A stretch of 63,424 nt of DNA, the filler included, from Stramenopiles sp. TOSAG23-6 (lineage: Eukaryota), in NCBI GenBank assembly GCA_900128565.1. It is 9 parts of 9 records of this genome, joined end to end, with 100 filler letters (N's around TTAATTAATTAA, not from the genome) between each part and the next. Parts side by side here need not be neighbours in the genome. Positions count along the whole stretch, not along the records: positions 1 to 7,717 come from LT636528.1; positions 7,818 to 15,532 come from LT636529.1; 7 more parts are not named here. One strand, 5' to 3'. Shown here one piece after another: positions 1-9,251 of the stretch; positions within the stretch are counted from its first letter, which is position 1, and the number at the start of each line of letters is the position of its first letter. Both the position numbers and the translations under genes were made by a program. Below the pieces are notes generated by a model. That model saw only the letters and a program-made list of their open reading frames with translations, did not search any database and had not been told where the DNA came from.

Positions 1-780
1 AACTGCTGCTGAATGGTTTACAAAAGCTGCAAATCAAGGCTTTAGGGACGCACAGAATAGTCTTGGTAAATGTTATTATAATGGTCAAGGTGTGACTAAA
101 TGTAATAAAACTGCTACTGAATGGTTTACAAAAGCTGCAAAACAAGGCGATATGAAGGCACAGTATAATCTTGGTGTATGTTATGAGAATGATTACGGTG
201 TGACTAAATGTTATAAAACTGCTGCTGAATGGTATACAAAAGCTGCAAATCAAGGCGACATGAAAGCACAGTATAATCTTGGTTTATGTTATGAATATGG
301 TCAAGGTGTGACTAAATGTTATAAAACTGCTGTTGAATGGTATGCAAAAGCTGCAAATCAAGGTGGCATGAATGCACAGAATAATCTTGGTGTATGTTAT
401 AATAATGGTCATGGTGTGACTAAATGTTATAAAACTGCTGTTGAATGGTATGCAAAAGCTGCAAATCAAGGCAACATGAATGCACAGTGTAATCTTGGTA
501 AATGTTATTTTGAAGGTTTAGGTGTGACTAAATGTTATAAAACTGCTGTTGAATGGTATACAAAAGCTGCAAATCAAGGCTATATGAATGCACAGAATAA
601 TCTTGGTGCATGTTATTATAATGGTCAAGGTGTGACTAAATGTTATAAAACTGGTGCTGAATGGTTAACAAAAGCTGCAAAACAAGGGCACATGTTAGCA
701 CAGTGTAATCTTAGTAAATGTTATTTTAATGGTATTGGTGTCAATAAATGTTATAAAACAGGAGCAAAGTTGATCAAGAA
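1..780 (+). repeat. 108-bp coding tandem repeat (Sel1 units)
   Basis: GGTGTGACTAAATGTTATAAAACTGCT-like block recurs every 108 nt. Confidence 0.9.
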
Positions 781-1009
781 AGCAAAAAAACAGATAACAG
801 ATACAACACATGAGGAACTAAAAAAAATGGTAATAGAAAACGACAACTCAGAATGTGAAAATTGTGGTAAACTTGACAATCATACTAATTTATTCTTTTG
901 TACTGGGTGTAAATGTGTATGGTATTGTTCAAAGAAGTGTCAAAAATCACATTGGAAGACACATAAAAAAGAGTGTCGCAAAAACAGAAAGTGTAAAGTA
1001 ATAAATTGA
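2..1009 (+). CDS. Sel1-like repeat protein with C-terminal MYND zinc finger (5' truncated at window edge)
   Basis: 36-aa Sel1 repeats (AQYNLGxCYxxGxGVTKCYKTAVEWYxKAA) followed by CENC...CTGCKCVWYCSKKCQKSHWKTHKKEC. Confidence 0.9.
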   Translation, partial: TAAEWFTKAANQGFRDAQNSLGKCYYNGQGVTKCNKTATEWFTKAAKQGDMKAQYNLGVCYENDYGVTKCYKTAAEWYTKAANQGDMKAQYNLGLCYEYGQGVTKCYKTAVEWYAKAANQGGMNAQNNLGVCYNNGHGVTKCYKTAVEWYAKAANQGNMNAQCNLGKCYFEGLGVTKCYKTAVEWYTKAANQGYMNAQNNLGACYYNGQGVTKCYKTGAEWLTKAAKQGHMLAQCNLSKCYFNGIGVNKCYKTGAKLIKKAKKQITDTTHEELKKMVIENDNSECENCGKLDNHTNLFFCTGCKCVWYCSKKCQKSHWKTHKKECRKNRKCKVIN

Positions 1010-1239
1010 ATAAATTTGTTGAATCAAATACAATGAATTAAATTTATATGAAAAATAAAATATTCTCAATTTTCCATTATCTCTTGATCATGAGTGAGTG
1101 CATTTGAACCTCTTTTAACTAAGATGCTTTTATTGACCTATAATAATTTTCTAAATTACTACAGTAATTAGTAAGTATGATTTCAAAGTAGGCTAAAAAA
1201 AAAATGTTTATTTTCATTGAAATCGTCGATGAGTAAAAA

Positions 1240-2422
1240 TCAAACAATATTATCTCTATTACGTCTAGACCTTAAATATATTCTATCTGGCCATGGTCTA
1301 GAAGGTGGTTTTCTATTACTAGGCATAATTGTTTTCCAAAGAGGTATTTTTCCAAATACTAATTGAAAATTTCTCCTATAACCACAATCATAAGGATTAC
1401 TAAATAAAGTACCATTTTTCCTTGCTGCTGTTGAGCGCGTCATATTACCATAAAATTCTATTGTCGTTTGAGCAGAGAGCAAAAGATAAACATGCCAAGA
1501 AGACATAATGAATGTAGCTATTCCTATGCAAACGCATAAAATAAATACGAAATGAATATTTTTGTGTGCAACTCGACCACCTGAAAATTGCGAAGCACGG
1601 ATACTAAATATTTCAAACGAGCATAGAGCACAGAAAAAACAACCAATTGTAACATAAAATAAAAAAAGAAGAAAATAACGATAATTTAACCAACCAATAC
1701 AATTAAACGTCCAAGGACAGTAGTGATCATTTCATGTGTGTAATATATTAACCATTGTAAAAGTGAGTGGGTGAGTAATGCATATAATAAAATGAGTTAT
1801 AAAAAGTATTCTTTGTAATACAACATACCATATTCAATATAAGTTTCTTTGACACGTGACAATAATGCGCTCTAGGGGCTTTTGGAACATTACTTTTATA
1901 ACACCACCCCCATTCATCAGGTCCCTGTTCAAGCCAATTTCTGCTATTGTATTGCTTGGACAACTTTTGTTGCTTAGAACGATTTGTCAGAGAAATTTCG
2001 CTATCTTCTTGAACATATTCATTTTCTTCACTTGAAGACGAAATACTGAATTCGCAATCTGAATCCATTCTTATATCCGTTAATTTCCCATCCTTCTGTG
2101 CTTCGGCTAATAGCTTTTGATACTCAGGACTATCGTGTGTCCCTGGATTTGTTATTGCACACATCAAATAATTGAAAGCAATATTCGCCAATAAAAATAG
2201 TCCAGTTCCAACGTACATCCACCACTGCCATGACAAAAACTCAGCTTTTTGTGGTAAAAGTGAGCCAAAACCAATATAACAAACAAAAGATATTAATCCT
2301 GATGCAAGAGTTATAAGTAGAGGTCCCGATAACAATATTACCCATTCCACAATAATTGCAAAACAATCTAAAACTGGGTCAAAGAGGTCGCTAGCTTTAA
2401 GCAAGTTCGAAAGTATTGACAT
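1240..2422 (-). CDS. DHHC palmitoyltransferase (DHYC variant); exons 2422-1829 and 1728-1240
   Basis: KAPRAHYCHVSKKLILNM joined to DHYCPWTFNCIGWLNYRYF; downstream QTTIE and NPYDCG motifs in frame. Confidence 0.9.
1729..1828 (-). other. Non-canonical GT-AT intron lacking the introner core
   Basis: ATG|GTATGTTG...CACACATGAAAT|GAT CAC TAC TGT; no AG near the 3' end; required to build NM-DHYC. Confidence 0.85.
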
Positions 2423-2869
2423 TGCTTTCGACTTGACTTTACAGACAAATAGCGATTAAATTTTTGGCCTGAAAACTAAAAGCAGCTAAAGCATAGCTAC
2501 TATGTACCAAGAAAGGATTACAATGTATTCTCAATGATATACTTTTCTGTGTTGAAAAGACAATGCAAAAAGACCAACTAAATACAGTACAAGGTAAGCT
2601 AATTTAGTAGTCAATTTTGATAGCATGACGTGCGTTGAGGATGACGTCATCGTCGATTTGATTCTCATCAAAAAAAAATGTTCGCGATGATTCCGAAACT
2701 CAAAAAAAAAACTTTCTGGTTCGTTGTGTCGTCGTGTTTGCAACTTTGCATCATCTCTACAGAATCTGAATTATTGTTATCCCTCGGCCCATTTTGATTC
2801 TTTCAGTCTTCAATTATTTGGAAATAGTATTATCAATCTTTGAATTACATCACATTTAGTATAGTCACA

Positions 2870-3593
2870 ATGGATTCTCTACTTGCAGTAAAAGGGAAGG
2901 ACTTTGTATTGCTTGGAGCCGACTGCAATGCGGCACGGAGCATTTTGGTTTTTAAGGCAGACGAAGACAAGGTACGTTACTACATCTCCGATACATTTTA
3001 TCCACCCTATATCACTTCATGTTCTGTGTTGAACTACTATTTCTTCATATTTCGTATCAATTGTATAAACACTTATCTGAAATAATTGCATCTACACCTT
3101 TCAAACTTTATAGATTCATCGTCTGAACGATAGGACGTGCGTAGCTGCAGGCGGTCCTCAGGGCGAATGCTCTCAGTTTGTTGAATATATCGAGAAAAAT
3201 ATTTCGCTTGACGCTCTGAGATCAGGTGTTGCTGCAACCACCAAATCCATTGCACACTTCACTCGAAGAGAACTTGCTGATGCTCTCCGAAGTCGCGGAG
3301 CTTACCAAGTGAATCTTCTCCTTGCAGGTTACGATGACTCCGCTGGAGCTTCTCTTTATTGGTTGGATAATTATTCATCGATGCAAAAGCTGGATTTTGG
3401 GTGTCATGGTATGTGTGCAAGTTTTGTTCTTTCGATCTTTGATCGCCTTTGGAGAGAAAATTTGAATCTCGAACAGTGTAAGGATATAATGAGAAAATGC
3501 TTAGAGGAACTTCGAGTACGTTTTTTGGTCCATCAACCTAAATTTATCTGGAAAGTTGTCGATGCCAACGGTATCCGTGTGATTGAATTGTAA
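2870..3593 (+). CDS. PSMB2: 20S proteasome subunit beta type-2 (beta4); canonical GT-AG intron 2972-3113
   Basis: MDSLLAVKGKDFV...DEDK|IHRLND...QFVEYIEKNI...FTRRELADALRSRGAYQVNLLLAGYD. Confidence 0.9.
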
Positions 3594-3674
3594 TGTATTA
3601 TTGATCTAGTTAGATAAGGAAGTAGGTTAGTATATAAAAAAATTCAACATTCTTTTAGGAGGAGCACTAATTTA

Positions 3675-4187
3675 TTATTTCTTAACTAATTTTGCTATGA
3701 TGGGTGTCAGAACTACAGTCAGTGATGCACGAATTGGCATCAAAGCTTTGTATAATGCATACGTCATTCCAACTGTAGCGACATTAGACGTATTCACTGT
3801 GTCTCGTCTCGTTTCACTGAATGACTCTGTGTTGTTCGGCTCATCAGTTGTACTAGACACATCAGTTGTACTAGACATTTCAGGGAGAGAGATAGCAGGT
3901 ATATCAAGTCCTATAGCATTTATCATACTGTTGATACTATCCGCAACCACTGGGGATACAATAAAAGCATAAGATCCACCTAACCAGAGTATTGCTGCAC
4001 CGTAATGAGTGAGAAATGCTATTTTCCCATACTTTTTGATTGTGTGTTTCACACGCTTTGAACTATATATACTATCATCTGAACCTTTTCCTGAGCTTGG
4101 AGAATGAACTTGGCGATAATGCCAATATTTAGAACGTGAAAACCGCCGTGGGGTAGAAAACAAAATCGATCGAAGCGACAATGTCAT
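3675..4187 (-). CDS. DUF1279/FAM210-like, probably mitochondrial membrane protein
   Basis: Arg/Ser-rich N-terminus, KKYGKIAFLTHY, TYALYKALMPIRASLTVVLTP. Confidence 0.7.
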   Translation of the reverse strand: MTLSLRSILFSTPRRFSRSKYWHYRQVHSPSSGKGSDDSIYSSKRVKHTIKKYGKIAFLTHYGAAILWLGGSYAFIVSPVVADSINSMINAIGLDIPAISLPEMSSTTDVSSTTDEPNNTESFSETRRDTVNTSNVATVGMTYALYKALMPIRASLTVVLTPIIAKLVKK

Positions 4188-4510
4188 CTATCTATACTGG
4201 AAAAAAATACAAGAATAACTACTACTGTTGTATACCAGTTGTAGTGCAATTTTGCCTGTCAATTTTGACACGTGTCGTTCTTTCTACTATGTCCAGCGCA
4301 AATGGCCAGCGCAATTCTAAATATTAGACAGTCTACTTCATACACTCATCTATTTACCTGCGTCTCATTACAGTAGTATTGTATTTTCTCTATTCTGTTT
4401 GCTATTTTTATTTGAAGACATACGTTATTTGTATCTTTGCAATTGGTAATTACATCTCGGCGTTATCCACACAGTAAAGTTTCTTTCTAAGCGTCTTGCT
4501 TTTTGACAGA

Positions 4511-5461
4511 ATGTCGCTCGAAAAGAAGTTAATCAAGTTACTTCGGAAAAAAACAGATGGTGCAACAAATAAGGACTTGAAAGATGAATTTGGTAAAGAG
4601 TTTGCTCAATTATTGCCTGTTATGCAAACTATGCTTAATGCTGGTAAACTTGAGGCTTTAACAAAAGGGAAAACAGCCCTGTATAGACTTACAAGTGATA
4701 GAGACCTTGAACACTACAATAAACTTAGAGGGTTAGAAGAGGAAGAAGTGATGGTATTTCAGATCATTAAAGCTGCGGGAAATAAGGGTGTATGGACCCG
4801 AGACTTGAAGTACAAGACAGGTCTGCAGCAAAATAAAACAAAGTTTGCTAAAGTCTTGAAAAATCTCGAACGTAAACGATTAATCAAATCATGTAGAACA
4901 GTTGCAGCAAAAAATAAAAAGATTTACATTTTATTCGATCTAGAGCCAGCTCGTGAGCTTCGTGGTGGTGCATGGTATACTGACGGTGAATTTGACCTTG
5001 AATTTATATCTACTGTAAGCCGATATATTATATTCTGGGTTGAAAAAAAATTTCCACCTACAATGGAGATTCCAGAGAGTATACAACAATATTACGGTCA
5101 GGGTCAAATTACACCAATACAAGCGGTGGATGTAGTTACGAAATCAAATTTAATAAAGACAGATGTAGACTTGACAGCAGAAGACATGGCGCAAATTCTT
5201 GATGCGCTTTGTTATGATGGGAAAATGTACAAAGTAAAAAATAATAGTGATGAGTTTGGTCTCTCCTTTAACACATCGAATGCACCTGCTGAAGTGACAC
5301 CACGAGATCAGGTGTATAAAACGCTCAAAAGTCGTTCAAATTTTAATACTAGTACAGATACGCCATGTGGTGTATGTCCAGTGTTTGATCAATGTATACC
5401 AGGTGGTTTGATTTCTCCTTCGAAATGTCCATATCTAAAAAATTGGTTGGATCAGATGTAA
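4511..5461 (+). CDS. POLR3F: RNA polymerase III subunit RPC34/RPC39
   Basis: AGNKGVWTRDLK, GGAWYTDGEFDLEF, C-terminal Fe-S motif PCGVCPVFDQC...ISPSKCPY. Confidence 0.92.
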   Translation: MSLEKKLIKLLRKKTDGATNKDLKDEFGKEFAQLLPVMQTMLNAGKLEALTKGKTALYRLTSDRDLEHYNKLRGLEEEEVMVFQIIKAAGNKGVWTRDLKYKTGLQQNKTKFAKVLKNLERKRLIKSCRTVAAKNKKIYILFDLEPARELRGGAWYTDGEFDLEFISTVSRYIIFWVEKKFPPTMEIPESIQQYYGQGQITPIQAVDVVTKSNLIKTDVDLTAEDMAQILDALCYDGKMYKVKNNSDEFGLSFNTSNAPAEVTPRDQVYKTLKSRSNFNTSTDTPCGVCPVFDQCIPGGLISPSKCPYLKNWLDQM

Positions 5462-5526
5462 AAAATACGTATATATATTTTTAACACATGAATAAATTAA
5501 TAGTGAACATTTTTTTAAAAATACGT

Positions 5527-5552
5527 ATATATATATATATATATATATATAT
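5527..5552. repeat. (TA)n microsatellite
   Basis: Uninterrupted TA run. Confidence 0.8.
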
Positions 5553-5647
5553 TGTAGCATGAATACATTAAAATGAATTGTAAAAATTATTTCAAAACCT
5601 TTCTTACATTTCAATGAATATATATTGTATTAATATTTATGTTCTAC

Positions 5648-5779
5648 AAGTATTTTTTATTTTTTTTCTAAAGGTATAACATCATTATCTTTTCAAAATA
5701 AAACTAAAATTTGTCAGGTACAAAAGTTCGTACGAAAAATAAATTCGTTATTTTTTTTCTAAAAGTATAACATCATTAC
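5648..5779 (-). mobile_element. Degenerate introner copy just downstream of the radial-spoke gene stop codon
   Basis: Core TTTTCGTACGAACTTTTGTACCTGAC at ~5713-5739 on the minus strand; ends uncertain. Confidence 0.5.
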
Positions 5780-5811
5780 CATATTAAGTCTAGTCCATAT
5801 CAAATACTTAA

Positions 5812-7098
5812 TTAGTCTTCACCCCCCTCTCCTTCGCCTTCTTCATTTTCTTCCTCTTCAGGTGGATTAGGATTAATTGTGACGTCACTTGCTTCTTTAA
5901 GATCTGTATCATCAAATTCTGACATTGGTAGTGGTGGTGGAGATGGTGCAAAACTGCCAATGACTTCATTTTGTCCGTACCCACAGTAACACCAAGTAAA
6001 AAACTTTCCACAACCAACTATGGTTGCCCCAGTCCAAGTATTAGATCGCAGACAAGCTTTATTTGTCATAGGACTCCATGCTTTGAATGAACCTGCTTCA
6101 ACATCATGTAAGACTACTGCATTCTCTGCCTCTGGGACATTACCATCTGCGTCCGCGACTGGTACATCTGAACATCTTCCTGACTCTTTTAATTCTGCAT
6201 GATATGATTGCCATGCACCTTCACTGGCAAGCTCTGCTGCAGATGTACCTGTAAATTCTTCATTCATTGATAACTCTCCACTCTCTTCATCTACCGTGAA
6301 AAAGCCTGAAGGTGCCAAAGAACAATCTGCTGTTATTCTTGCAATTTGAGCTCGTAAGTAGTTTCCTTCATTTCCTGAAAATGGTGGATGTCCTGAAACT
6401 GTTGCACTTAAATCACCCGTAAAAAAACGTCGCAGTTGTCGTGCTTCACGAATATGTGATGCTGCAACCAATCCAAGACGAGTCCACGCATTGCCTAGAT
6501 TATTACATACCCAATAAGTATATCTGTTTGGCCCAGAGGGTCCCAACTCATAGTCATCGACATTTTCAGGTGATTCAACATCTCCACCAGAGTATTCTCC
6601 TTGACAAATATAATAATCTTTTTTAGNACCCAATATTTTTCCCCAAAATCGCAATGATGATAAATTTCCTCCCTCTTCTGTTAGTTGGGCTTTTAGACCA
6701 TGCATTGCGCTTTGAATACGAAAATTTTCGGCGTCACCGAACCCCACACCAGACCATTTTAAAGAGGCAAAGTCTGTGTGAAGATCTTGCAAGACCTCAT
6801 CGTTATTGTCCGCAAAATTTGAAAGTAATGTAGTACATGATTCACACCATTCACCAAGAGCTTTATCAGATTCAGTATCATTAGCTGAAGCACCCATCTG
6901 TTTTCCCTCTGAATTTGTATTTACACGAAACTTTGCTTGCTTCACCATGCCTGACAGCTGCTCAAACATTTCTAAGCTCTGCTCTGGTTGTTCGGTGACA
7001 ATCTTAAGAAGCACGTCTGTTAGATGATCATATAGATTGTTTCCACCAACATCCTTCATCAAGTATGCTTTTGCGTCTGCGAAATCATTTTTACTCAT
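5812..7098 (-). CDS. Flagellar radial spoke head protein RSP4/6 family
   Basis: NLYDHLTDVLLKI, LRFWGKILG..KDYYI, RRFFTGDL, GNEGNYLRAQIARI, LRSNTWTGA, acidic tail. Confidence 0.9.
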   Translation of the reverse strand: MSKNDFADAKAYLMKDVGGNNLYDHLTDVLLKIVTEQPEQSLEMFEQLSGMVKQAKFRVNTNSEGKQMGASANDTESDKALGEWCESCTTLLSNFADNNDEVLQDLHTDFASLKWSGVGFGDAENFRIQSAMHGLKAQLTEEGGNLSSLRFWGKILGXKKDYYICQGEYSGGDVESPENVDDYELGPSGPNRYTYWVCNNLGNAWTRLGLVAASHIREARQLRRFFTGDLSATVSGHPPFSGNEGNYLRAQIARITADCSLAPSGFFTVDEESGELSMNEEFTGTSAAELASEGAWQSYHAELKESGRCSDVPVADADGNVPEAENAVVLHDVEAGSFKAWSPMTNKACLRSNTWTGATIVGCGKFFTWCYCGYGQNEVIGSFAPSPPPLPMSEFDDTDLKEASDVTINPNPPEEEENEEGEGEGGED

Positions 7099-7304
7099 TT
7101 TAAATTCACTTACTTTGTGTCTTTTACTATAGATTTTGTTTTGCAAGTGAAAGTATAATAATAGTTCTTTTTTGATATATTTTTTCAAAGTCGTAACGGT
7201 TTCGGATCTCCCGGAAAAAACATGATTTCGTGTTTTGTCCAAAGAGAAGCTCAAAATTTTTAATTTTCAACAAATAAAAAACAAAAAGAATACGATTTAT
7301 ACTT

Positions 7305-7658
7305 TCATTTGTTTATTTTCGAGACTTTTTTCTTTTTTACATTTTTTTTCTTTTTCCGTTTAGATAAAAATGGAAAATTTCTTGTGGGAGAAAGTTCAGA
7401 TTTTTTTACTCCTCCATTTCGAACACACATTCCTAATAAATCATCACTAGACATTGAATAATTCTTCGGTTGGAGAAGACCAAAACGTCCAACAGAAAAT
7501 TCATATTCATTTTGAATTCCAGCAGCAGTCCACCAAAGATTATTTTGATGGAAATCAGAATGCATTGAAGCATTAAACATACTTTCATCACCTAAACATG
7601 CACACCGAAAAGGCCAGCTACTCATTCCCTTTGGTACAGTAGTTGTTCGATCCCAACC
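7305..7658 (-). CDS. Terminal exon of an unidentified protein (upstream part lost in gap)
   Basis: Open frame begins directly after an introner 3' end (AAAATTCAT|GGT TGG GAT). Confidence 0.5.
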   Translation of the reverse strand, partial: GWDRTTTVPKGMSSWPFRCACLGDESMFNASMHSDFHQNNLWWTAAGIQNEYEFSVGRFGLLQPKNYSMSSDDLLGMCVRNGGVKKSELSPTRNFPFLSKRKKKKNVKKKKVSKINK

Positions 7659-7717
7659 ATGAATTTTGGAAAAATATTTCAAAAAAAATTCGTTAGGTAC
7701 AAAATTTCGTACGAAAA
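7659..7717 (-). mobile_element. Introner 3' half (AT end), truncated by gap
   Basis: TTTTCGTACGAAATTTTGTACCTAAC...TTTTTCCAAAATTCAT. Confidence 0.8.
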
Positions 7718-7817
7718 NNNNNNNNNNNNNNNNNNNNNNNNNNNNNNNNNNNNNNNNNNNNTTAATTAATTAANNNNNNNNNNNNNNNNNNNNNNNNNNN
7801 NNNNNNNNNNNNNNNNN
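7718..7817. other. Artificial contig spacer; same spacer at 15533-15632, 23340-23439, 31145-31244, 38932-39031, 46707-46806, 54475-54574, 62243-62342
   Basis: Identical 100-nt N-padded TTAATTAATTAA linker (stops in all six frames). Confidence 0.97.
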
Positions 7818-7872
7818 AGGTACAAAATTTCGTACGAAAATAAATTCGAAATTGAAAAAAAATAAAACATAC
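7818..7872 (-). mobile_element. Introner 5' half, truncated by gap
   Basis: AAT|GTATGTTTT...TTTTCGTACGAAATTTTGTACCT. Confidence 0.8.
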
Positions 7873-8884
7873 ATTATCTACACCACAAATACTTCCCACT
7901 GAAGGGTATCCATATAATTTTGAAAAATATGTTGTACAGTGTACATTTCGTTAGTTACAAAGAATGCATTACAAAAAAAAAATCATTACAAAATGTCATA
8001 TGAAAAAAATAATACATTTAAAATTCATAATGAAAACGTACAACTCCATCTACGATTACAAATTTTCTCTCGGGAGTTTTGGCGTATAAATTCACTTTAT
8101 TGTGAACATCTTGAAGCATCTCAATAGATGATTTCGTTTCACCCGATAAGTATTTCCGAGTAAACCCAGAGTAAAACAAAATCGGTCCAATTGGACAACA
8201 ATCAATTCCATTCGATTGACAAAATTTCGAAATTAGTGTTGGTTTTTGACACTGCGTCGCAGGTTTAATATAAGCTATCTCTGAAGCTTTGAAACCTTTT
8301 CGTAATAAAGATCCAATTATACCAAGACATACAGTGCTTTTTCCAATCTGAGATCTGTTACCCGAAATAAAGAGTACAGTGGCCCTCGGAGATGGATCTA
8401 GATTCTTTAATTTTGTTTTTACACGTAATGAAGAGGCAGTTAACAATGCCTCTTTTGCGATATTGGATCCTTCATGCCATACCTTGCCATTATTATCTAA
8501 AAGAACTAATGATGGTAGTTGCATATTTGGATTCCCGTATTCGTTGTACAAACGCACACTTTCATTTTCTTTTTCAAAAGGAAGGGAAGGCCAAGATAAA
8601 CTGTAACAGAAACTATTCCATCCATCTCTATCATCTGGACAATCTTGCTTATCAAAACAACCTTTACTAGGAACACGGACAGAAACCATTTCAAAAGAAG
8701 TATTTGTGGTCGCTGAACGTAACGCAGCATCCTTCAAACGATTATAAGTGTCTTTGGTACATATCGCAGCTAAGGCACGGGTTTCAGGTGACCAGTGACC
8801 TCCGAACAAGATTCCTACATATCCAAGTTGACCTACGTGAGAGGAAGACGCAGCTTCAAAAACTGCTGCTAGTGATGCCTCCAT
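7873..8884 (-). CDS. Thioredoxin-like domain fused to a dethiobiotin-synthase-like (AAA_26-type) P-loop domain; exons 8884-8042 and 7911-7873; 3' truncated
   Basis: VGILFGGHWSPETR and LPSLVLLD (nucleoredoxin-like); SGNRSQIGKSTVC, YIKPATQC, VIVDGV|GYPSVGSICGVDN. Confidence 0.75.
7912..8041 (-). mobile_element. GT-AT introner, degenerate (130 nt)
   Basis: GTT|GTACGTTTTC...CTAAC...CAAAATTATAT|GGA; restores DGVGYP. Confidence 0.85.
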
Positions 8885-9251
8885 CCTAGAAGTCACGACT
8901 ATAGGGACAAGAAAAAAATATTCTTTATACAGGGAATGAAAAATAAATCTTATTCCTACATACAGGTTTGCCGGTACCGTATATATATATAATACGAATA
9001 AGTTGTTAGGCGGTCAATTAATTCACGATCAGATCAAGAAAAAAAAAGCGATTCGATTCGATTCATTCGAAACTGAAACCGTTATATATTCCTATCATAC
9101 TAGTGTCTCGTCAAGCTACCTGTAGGGTCCTCAAGTATATACAGTACCTACTGTAGTCTTTTGTGTACACGGACTACCGGTAAGGTTGACAGAGAGTATT
9201 ATAAAAGTATGTCTTCTCTTGGAATGAGGAAGCGATAGAGTGCTTATTATA

